A DNA stretch of 64,000 nucleotides from the IMG/VR virus record IMGVR_UViG_3300007171_000004, positions 160,001 through 224,000 of that record. One strand, written 5' to 3'. The first letter of the stretch is position 1. Each line of letters begins with the position of its first letter. Below, one piece after another: positions 58,151 through 64,000 of the stretch. A program made the translations under genes and the position numbers. The notes beneath the pieces were generated by a model. That model saw nothing but the letters and a program-made list of their open reading frames with translations. It was not told the origin of the DNA and made no database searches. Origin of the DNA: a virus. Lineage: Duplodnaviria; Caudoviricetes.

Positions 58151-58928
58151 AATCTATGTTTATGCCATTATTTCTTAAAAAAATTATAAATTTTTCTTTA
58201 TCATATTTACAGTTTTTGCGAGCATTTTCATTCCTATCTAAGGGCTGTAAATTATCTAAGCTATTAATTAACCAAGCATTTTCTAAAGACAATAAACCAA
58301 AATCATCAAACGCTTTTACTGGAAAAATATGATCTATTGATAAATTATTATTTTTAGAAGCTTCTTCATAGTTTTTATGATTTACTATATGATTGTATAG
58401 CTCTTCAACTGTATATTTTTGTAAAATAACAATATTTTTTTCTCTACCTATTTGCAATCTATCAGTAAGTCTTTTTAAATTTGCTCTTAAAAATTTACCT
58501 ATTTTCTGTTTCTCTTTTAAAAGGTCTCTATCAGGATTTTTGGATCTGTTTTTATCTGCAGAAATGATATAACCACATTCCCTGCATCTGTGTCCTTTTA
58601 ACCAATGAGTTAAATAAATATTGCAATTATGTCCTTTAGGACATAGACATTTTAAAGCAGTTTTTACATTTATAAAAATATCATCTAATATTTGATATCC
58701 TTCTTGTTCAAGTATTTTTTTTACTTTTTCAAAGGTATAATTTTTTTCTTTGTAACAAATTCCACATCTTCTATTTCTTTTAAAACCATCATATGTTATT
58801 GAAGAATTATGATTGTTGGGGCAAATAAAGTCTACATAATGTTTATTATTTTTCTTATAAATATTTAGAACTGTGTAATTTTCTTTTGTAAAAATAGATA
58901 TTAAATTTTCTTCATTTAATCTAGACAT
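58149..58928 (-). mobile_element. free-standing HNH homing endonuclease
   Basis: Two Zn-ribbon repeats (CPNNH...RCGIC; CPKGH...RCREC) plus SIDHIFP...NLQPLDRNENARK; sampled lines about 18-23% GC. Confidence 0.8.
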
Positions 58929-58938
58929 AATTTAAAAT

Positions 58939-58970
58939 ACTTAAAGAGGGGATTTCTCCCCTCTTTAAGT
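58939..58970 (-). terminator. stem-loop/terminator after nrdA (GAAA tetraloop)
   Basis: ACTTAAAGAGGGGA-GAAA-TCCCCTCTTTAAGT, 14-bp stem. Confidence 0.75.
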
Positions 58971-61411
58971 TAACTACCACATGAAAGGCAGTCTGGATTA
59001 TCTAATGAACAGACCTTGCCAGCAAACTCTTCTGGGTCAAATTCAACAATAGGTTCTTCCTGTTGAGGTTTTGGACTTGGGGTATTTTGAATTGAAGATA
59101 AATCAACACCAAGCCCCTTCAGAGCAGTAGTTTTTGACTTAGTTCTCAAGTAATACATCCCAGTTTTTAGACCTTGCTTCCATCCGTAAAAGTGTGCAGA
59201 AGAAAGCTTTGAATGTGAAGGTTCTGACATGAATAGATTGAACGATTGAGATTGATCGATAAAATATCCACGATCTCTTGACATATCAATTAATGTCTTG
59301 CCCTTCATCTCCCAAACAGTCTTATAAAGCTCCTTAATTTCTGTTGGAATTTCAGGAATATTTTGAACCGATCCACTCTCAGCAATCAATCTAAGGCGAA
59401 TATTATCATTCCAAAGTCCTAAATTATATAGATCATCAACAAGATGTTTATTAATAACAACATACTCACCACTTAAAGTATTTCTCTTGTAGATTAAAGC
59501 AGTGAATGGTTCGAATGCTTCATTGTTTCCAAGAATTTGAGCAGTAGAAGCAGTAGGCATTGGTGCTACTAACAAAGAGTTCCTGAGGCCATCTTGCTTA
59601 ATCTTTTCCTTGAGTTGTTGGAAATTCCATCTACCAGACAAATCTGATTCTGTAAGTCCCCAGAGATTGTACTGAAGAATTCCTTCTGATGCTGGTGACC
59701 CTTGAAATGAAGAGTAGGTTCCATGAATCTTGGCCAAATCATTAGAAGCTGTAAGGGCTGCAAAATAGATAGTTTCAAAAATATCCTTGTTGAGTTTTTG
59801 TGCTTCTTCTGATTCAAAAGGTAGACCCATCATGACGAAGGTATCTGCCAACCCTTGAACACCTAATCCAATAGGTCGATGACGATTATTAGATGTTGAA
59901 GTTTCTGTAGTAGGGTAATAATTGATATCAATTACTCTGTTGAGGTTGACTGTTGCTTGATATGTAACATCATAAAGCTTTTGAAAATCATACTTACGAA
60001 GCTTCTTATCCTTCTCACGTACCTTACCTGATGGAATTGATACAAATTTAGGAAGAGCAATAGATGCTAGATTACATACAGCAGTCTCTTCTTTACTGCT
60101 TTTTTCAATGATTTCACAGCATAAATTGCTACTATAAATTGTGCCCAGATTCTTTTGATTGCTCTTATAATTACATGCATCCTTATAGAGCATGTATGGG
60201 GTTCCAGTCTCAACTTGTGAATCAAGAATCTTTTCCCACAATTCACGAGCCTTAACTGTTTTAGTAGCTTGTCCTTCAGCTTCATACTTTTCATATAATT
60301 CTGTAAACGCCTTATGATCAGGAGTGTCATATGCATCTACAAGACCTGGAACTTCATTAGGTGAAAAAAGTGACCAAACGCCATCTTCTTCAACACGCTT
60401 CATGAACAAATCTGGAATCCACAGAGCAAGGAATAAATCTCTTGCACGGAGCTCTTCTTTACCATTGTTCTTGCGAAGGTCAAGGAAATCAAAAATATCA
60501 CCATGCCAAGGCTCAAGATACACAGCAATAGAACCTTTTCTACGTCCTCCACCCTGATCAACATATCTTGCAGTCTCGTTGAATACCTTGAGCATAGGAA
60601 TAATTCCATTGGAAGTTCCATTAGTGCCCTTGATGTAGCTACCCTTGGCACGAACCTTATGGATATTCAATCCGATACCGCCAGCATTTTGAGAGATATG
60701 AGCACAATCGGAAAGAGTCTTGTAAATACCCTCAATAGAATCTTCAATATCGAGCAAGAAGCATGAGGATAATTGTGGCTTGTTTGTACCAGCATTGAAG
60801 AGAGTTGGAGTAGCATGTGTGAATAATCCTTGAGACATCATTTCATATGTCTTCTGAACCATCTCAATATTGTCACCCCAAATTCCAACACTAACTCTCA
60901 TGTACATTTGTTGAGGAGTTTCTGCCGGTAAACCATTGATTTTAAGGAGATATGCTCGTTCAAGAGTCTTATATCCAAAATAATCAATATTAAAATCTCT
61001 ATCATGAACAATCATAGCATTCAGTTCTGTTGAATTGTTTTTAATTGTTTCATATACAGAATCAGAAATCATACCGGAAGGCTCACCAGTACGAGGATTG
61101 ATATAACTATAAAGACTATCGATTACAGTTGAAAAATCCTTAGGTACTCTCTTGTATAGTGCAGTGATTCCAAGTCTAGCTGCAAGAGTTGAATAATCTG
61201 GATGTACTGGAATTAGTGCTGCAGCAGTTTCTGCTGAAAGCTTATCTAATTCTTCAGATGTTACTCCATCATAAATTCCAGAAATAACCTTACGAGCTAC
61301 TTCATCTGAATCCACAAGTTCACTTAGTCCATAAGTTTGCTTCTTAATTCTTGAAGAAATCTTGTCAAATCTTACTGGCTCTTTACTGCCATCTCTTTTA
61401 ATTACATCCAT
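58970..61411 (-). CDS. nrdA: class Ia ribonucleotide reductase, large subunit
   Basis: ATP cone (VIKRDG...FDKI), [45 protein letters not shown]-terminal CxxCGS. Confidence 0.97.
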   Translation of the reverse strand: MDVIKRDGSKEPVRFDKISSRIKKQTYGLSELVDSDEVARKVISGIYDGVTSEELDKLSAETAAALIPVHPDYSTLAARLGITALYKRVPKDFSTVIDSLYSYINPRTGEPSGMISDSVYETIKNNSTELNAMIVHDRDFNIDYFGYKTLERAYLLKINGLPAETPQQMYMRVSVGIWGDNIEMVQKTYEMMSQGLFTHATPTLFNAGTNKPQLSSCFLLDIEDSIEGIYKTLSDCAHISQNAGGIGLNIHKVRAKGSYIKGTNGTSNGIIPMLKVFNETARYVDQGGGRRKGSIAVYLEPWHGDIFDFLDLRKNNGKEELRARDLFLALWIPDLFMKRVEEDGVWSLFSPNEVPGLVDAYDTPDHKAFTELYEKYEAEGQATKTVKARELWEKILDSQVETGTPYMLYKDACNYKSNQKNLGTIYSSNLCCEIIEKSSKEETAVCNLASIALPKFVSIPSGKVREKDKKLRKYDFQKLYDVTYQATVNLNRVIDINYYPTTETSTSNNRHRPIGLGVQGLADTFVMMGLPFESEEAQKLNKDIFETIYFAALTASNDLAKIHGTYSSFQGSPASEGILQYNLWGLTESDLSGRWNFQQLKEKIKQDGLRNSLLVAPMPTASTAQILGNNEAFEPFTALIYKRNTLSGEYVVINKHLVDDLYNLGLWNDNIRLRLIAESGSVQNIPEIPTEIKELYKTVWEMKGKTLIDMSRDRGYFIDQSQSFNLFMSEPSHSKLSSAHFYGWKQGLKTGMYYLRTKSKTTALKGLGVDLSSIQNTPSPKPQQEEPIVEFDPEEFAGKVCSLDNPDCLSCGS

Positions 61412-61413
61412 AT

Positions 61414-62379
61414 TTAAAAATCCTCATCTGTACTAAAACCCTTGTTACCCTTGTCAAAGGTTCCACTTTTGTTATATTCTGCTACACGCTTCTCGAAAAA
61501 GTTTGTCTTGTTATCTAAGGCAATATTTGTCATGAAGTCAAACGGGTTCTCTGTGTTGTATACTTTACCAATCTTTAGGTCTACAAGCAATCTATCAGTA
61601 ACATATTCAAGATATTGTTTCATAAGATCTGAGTTCATTCCAATCAAAGATACTGGTAAAGCGTCAGTGATAAATTCCTTCTCGATTTCTAGAGCAGATT
61701 GTAAAATTTCAATTACTCTTTCTCGTGGGAGTTTATTTTCAATATGATTGTTATATAGATGAACTGCAAAATCTGTATGCAAACCTTCATCACGAGAAAT
61801 AAGTTCGTTTGAGAATGAAAGTCCTGGCATCAATCCACGCTTCTTGAGCCAGAAAATTGAACAGAATGATCCAGAAAAGAAAATTCCCTCAACGGCAGCG
61901 AAAGCAATTAAACGCTCACAAAAAGAACCAGAGGTAATCCAGCGCAATGCCCATTCTGCCTTCTTCTTGACCACAGGGACAGTTTCAATAGCTCTGAAGA
62001 GGTAATCTTGCTCAGCCTTATCAGTGATATAAGCATTGATCAAAAGGCTATACATTTGACTATGAATATTCTCCATCATAATCTGAAAGCCATAAAAATG
62101 CTTTGCTTCTGGATACTGAACTTCCTTTACAAAATTCTCAGCAAGGTTTTCATTTACAATGCCATCAGAAGCTGCAAAAAATGCTAATACATGCTTAATA
62201 AAGTGCTTCTCATTTTCACTGAGTTTAGTTTCCCAGTCAGTCTTATCTGGATATAAATCTACTTCCTTTGTAGTCCAGAACGTTGCTTCCGCCTTCTCAT
62301 AAAATTCAAAGATATCTTGAATCACTTCATCTGGTCGGAATACAAATCGATTGTTGTTTTCTTCTAATATTTTTTCCAT
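61414..62379 (-). CDS. nrdB: class Ia ribonucleotide reductase, small subunit
   Basis: [45 protein letters not shown]. Confidence 0.97.
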   Translation of the reverse strand: MEKILEENNNRFVFRPDEVIQDIFEFYEKAEATFWTTKEVDLYPDKTDWETKLSENEKHFIKHVLAFFAASDGIVNENLAENFVKEVQYPEAKHFYGFQIMMENIHSQMYSLLINAYITDKAEQDYLFRAIETVPVVKKKAEWALRWITSGSFCERLIAFAAVEGIFFSGSFCSIFWLKKRGLMPGLSFSNELISRDEGLHTDFAVHLYNNHIENKLPRERVIEILQSALEIEKEFITDALPVSLIGMNSDLMKQYLEYVTDRLLVDLKIGKVYNTENPFDFMTNIALDNKTNFFEKRVAEYNKSGTFDKGNKGFSTDEDF

Positions 62380-62444
62380 TTAACTATCACCCTTAGGCCT
62401 CTCTATATTACCCGGTACTATATATTCACGCACGAAATTTCGAC

Positions 62445-62472
62445 AAAAAAACCAACTTTAAATAGTTGGTTT
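62445..62472 (-). terminator. intrinsic terminator
   Basis: AAACCAACT-TTAAAT-AGTTGGTTT stem with a T-run on the minus strand. Confidence 0.6.
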
Positions 62473-62510
62473 AGATGTTATTGAAAATAATTGTTAATTA
62501 TTAACAATTA

Positions 62511-62975
62511 TTATGTCATAAGATTATCAGGTATGATAACTCTTAATTTTTTTATAAGGTTGTGTACATCAGAATGCAAATCATTATCTTTTATATAATT
62601 TACAACCCTTGAATATGCTTCTCTGTAATCAATATTTAAATCATCGCCTACGAAAAAAGCAGTTTTTACTAATGCACAATGAACTAAATGATTTGCTTCT
62701 TCATTATTTTCAACAAGTAAAATAGAGTCATCTTCATCATTTGTGTCAACCTTCATTTTTGTATTTTCAAAGGCAAGAGACATTCTCAAAAGATCTCTCC
62801 AAGGGGTACTTGTTCTGATATTTTTATTCTGCAAGACACTGGGTAATTCCTTAGAATTTAAGGTCTTCATCGCAGTATAAACAGGCTGATTCTTATTGAT
62901 AACAGCTGATACTACCTTTTGTTTCCTACTGCGCCATAATTCAAATTTTTGATTCATTTTAATATTATCTGACAT
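62511..62975 (-). CDS. hypothetical protein
   Basis: 154-aa ORF within the operon. Confidence 0.65.
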   Translation of the reverse strand: MSDNIKMNQKFELWRSRKQKVVSAVINKNQPVYTAMKTLNSKELPSVLQNKNIRTSTPWRDLLRMSLAFENTKMKVDTNDEDDSILLVENNEEANHLVHCALVKTAFFVGDDLNIDYREAYSRVVNYIKDNDLHSDVHNLIKKLRVIIPDNLMT

Positions 62976-62988
62976 TTATTGATACCTA

Positions 62989-63357
62989 TTACAGAGCTGC
63001 CTTGATGTCAATTGCAAAAATTCTTGTGCAAACACCCTTAGTTCGCTTGCCATTAATTTCAGCAAAGTATTCAGATTGTCTATTCACAAGAACAGATCCA
63101 TTAGTAAGAGATTCAACTTCTCTTGAGGCTAATCTAAATGCATTCATGGTTGCATTCAAGGCTGTTGGGCCTACAGAAAGAATTTTAACGTAATCATGTT
63201 CCTTTAAAACATGCAGAATACTCCTTGATAGGCCTACTGGATCTGTAGGCCTTCTGCTACCATCGGGGTCATTAGGATCTCCACCACGTACTCTTAAAAT
63301 TCTAGGATCCTTTTGATTCTTAATCTTATCATTATCTACATCATAAATATCGTTCAT
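62989..63357 (-). CDS. spoVS: SpoVS-like (Alba-fold) protein
   Basis: ILRV...DPVGLSRSILHVLKEHDYVKILSVGPTALNATMNAFRLA...EINGKRTKG parallels SpoVS as I recall it (ILKVS...PNSVAGALAGVL...EIQAIGAGALNQAVKAVAIA...IDGEERTAI). Confidence 0.7.
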   Translation of the reverse strand: MNDIYDVDNDKIKNQKDPRILRVRGGDPNDPDGSRRPTDPVGLSRSILHVLKEHDYVKILSVGPTALNATMNAFRLASREVESLTNGSVLVNRQSEYFAEINGKRTKGVCTRIFAIDIKAAL

Positions 63358-63360
63358 TTT

Positions 63361-63975
63361 TTAAACTTCCAACCCTAAAAGGGACATTTTATTTTTAAGA
63401 GAATTTAAAGCAGTATTAAATTCATCGATCGTACATCTATATACACTAGCATTAAACACAATTTTCTTTTTGCCAGAAAGTGCATTGCTAATAATCTTTT
63501 CTTCTAACAAACTAAGATTCATATTAACTAAGTCATTGATTTTATTTGAGTCCTCAATTCGATCATACGTACAATTTTCATCTCCCTCATTGTCATCTTG
63601 GTTATAAACACTCATTAATCTAGGGGATACTGTTTGATATCCTGGATACATTTCGTTGAATTTTTGAAATAATAGAGTTGAATGCTTTGATAATAAGTGC
63701 TTTTTAATTGCTTCTTTAAGTGCATTCTTTTTGCAAATTTCACAATCTTCATTGACTGTTTCACAAGTGCATTCGATAGTACGTGGAGTTTTAAAGCTTT
63801 TACAAAATGGACAGTGTGCCAAAGTTTCTAAATCAAATCCAGAATTATTCATATGATCCCACAAGATATCACTGTGACATTTTCTCAAGTGAGTAGAAAG
63901 AGGAGAAACAAATTTATCACAAATTGGACATTTACATGATGGATTTCTTTTAGCTGCATTATCTGCTTTTACCAA
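63361..63975 (-). CDS. C2H2-type zinc-finger protein
   Basis: CPICDKFVSPLSTHLRKCH and CEICKKNALKEAIKKHLLSKH, plus CPFC; TTG start. Confidence 0.65.
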   Translation of the reverse strand: MVKADNAAKRNPSCKCPICDKFVSPLSTHLRKCHSDILWDHMNNSGFDLETLAHCPFCKSFKTPRTIECTCETVNEDCEICKKNALKEAIKKHLLSKHSTLLFQKFNEMYPGYQTVSPRLMSVYNQDDNEGDENCTYDRIEDSNKINDLVNMNLSLLEEKIISNALSGKKKIVFNASVYRCTIDEFNTALNSLKNKMSLLGLEV

Positions 63976-64000
63976 ATTGATATAGTTATGATGTAAAGCT

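Noticed and set aside
58970-62379. Intron or intein in nrdA/nrdB
   Set aside because: Both ORFs are of normal length with contiguous motifs.
50506-63975. Host chromosome, or eukaryotic/archaeal virus origin of the replication block
   Set aside because: The genes are divergent, densely overlapping and contiguous with virion genes. Sigma factors and DnaN/DnaX indicate a bacterial host; the RNR alone is not diagnostic.
1-64000. Alternative genetic code (stop-codon recoding)
   Set aside because: Conserved genes are full length in code 11, and TGA ends genes such as terL at the expected positions.

Overview
A 64-kb, AT-rich fragment of a large tailed bacteriophage (HK97-fold Caudoviricetes), with no host housekeeping context. 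The capsid and portal resemble, from memory, those of Bxz1/Myrna-type myoviruses. There are four blocks. (1) 1-4817, minus strand: a Zn-ribbon gene, a 665-aa probable virion protein, and an Asn/Ser/Thr-rich ORF of at least 878 codons that runs off the window and is missing from the supplied ORF track. (2) 4870-24921, plus strand, translationally coupled: neck/adaptor-like genes, glycosyltransferases, an Rnl1-type RNA ligase, a Mu gp36-like adaptor, two large virion proteins and two tail-tube-like + chaperone-like pairs. (3) 24914-50370, mainly minus strand, head/packaging: TerS candidate, TerL with a class 3 intein, a beta-helix protein, UDP-galactopyranose mutase, DUF192, several probable internal head proteins, a portal fused to a DUF559-like nuclease, a 1396-aa prohead protease, scaffold, decoration protein and major capsid protein. 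(4) 50506-63975, minus strand, replication/nucleotide/regulation: two sigma factors (one SigH-like), HolA/DnaN/DnaX, PurA, dUTPase, an HNH endonuclease, class Ia NrdAB, a SpoVS-like protein and a C2H2 zinc-finger protein. The main observations are: sigmaH-type promoter motifs (RCAGGAWWW, AGGA-N18-GAA[T/C]) before the head genes, matching the phage's own SigH homolog; a shared [KR]-x-A-[QSA] motif across head proteins, a likely protease site; the portal-nuclease fusion; a Leu1 class 3 intein; and a possible virion glycosylation system. No tRNA, rRNA or CRISPR array was recognised. All family assignments come from motif recognition by eye, not from database searches.
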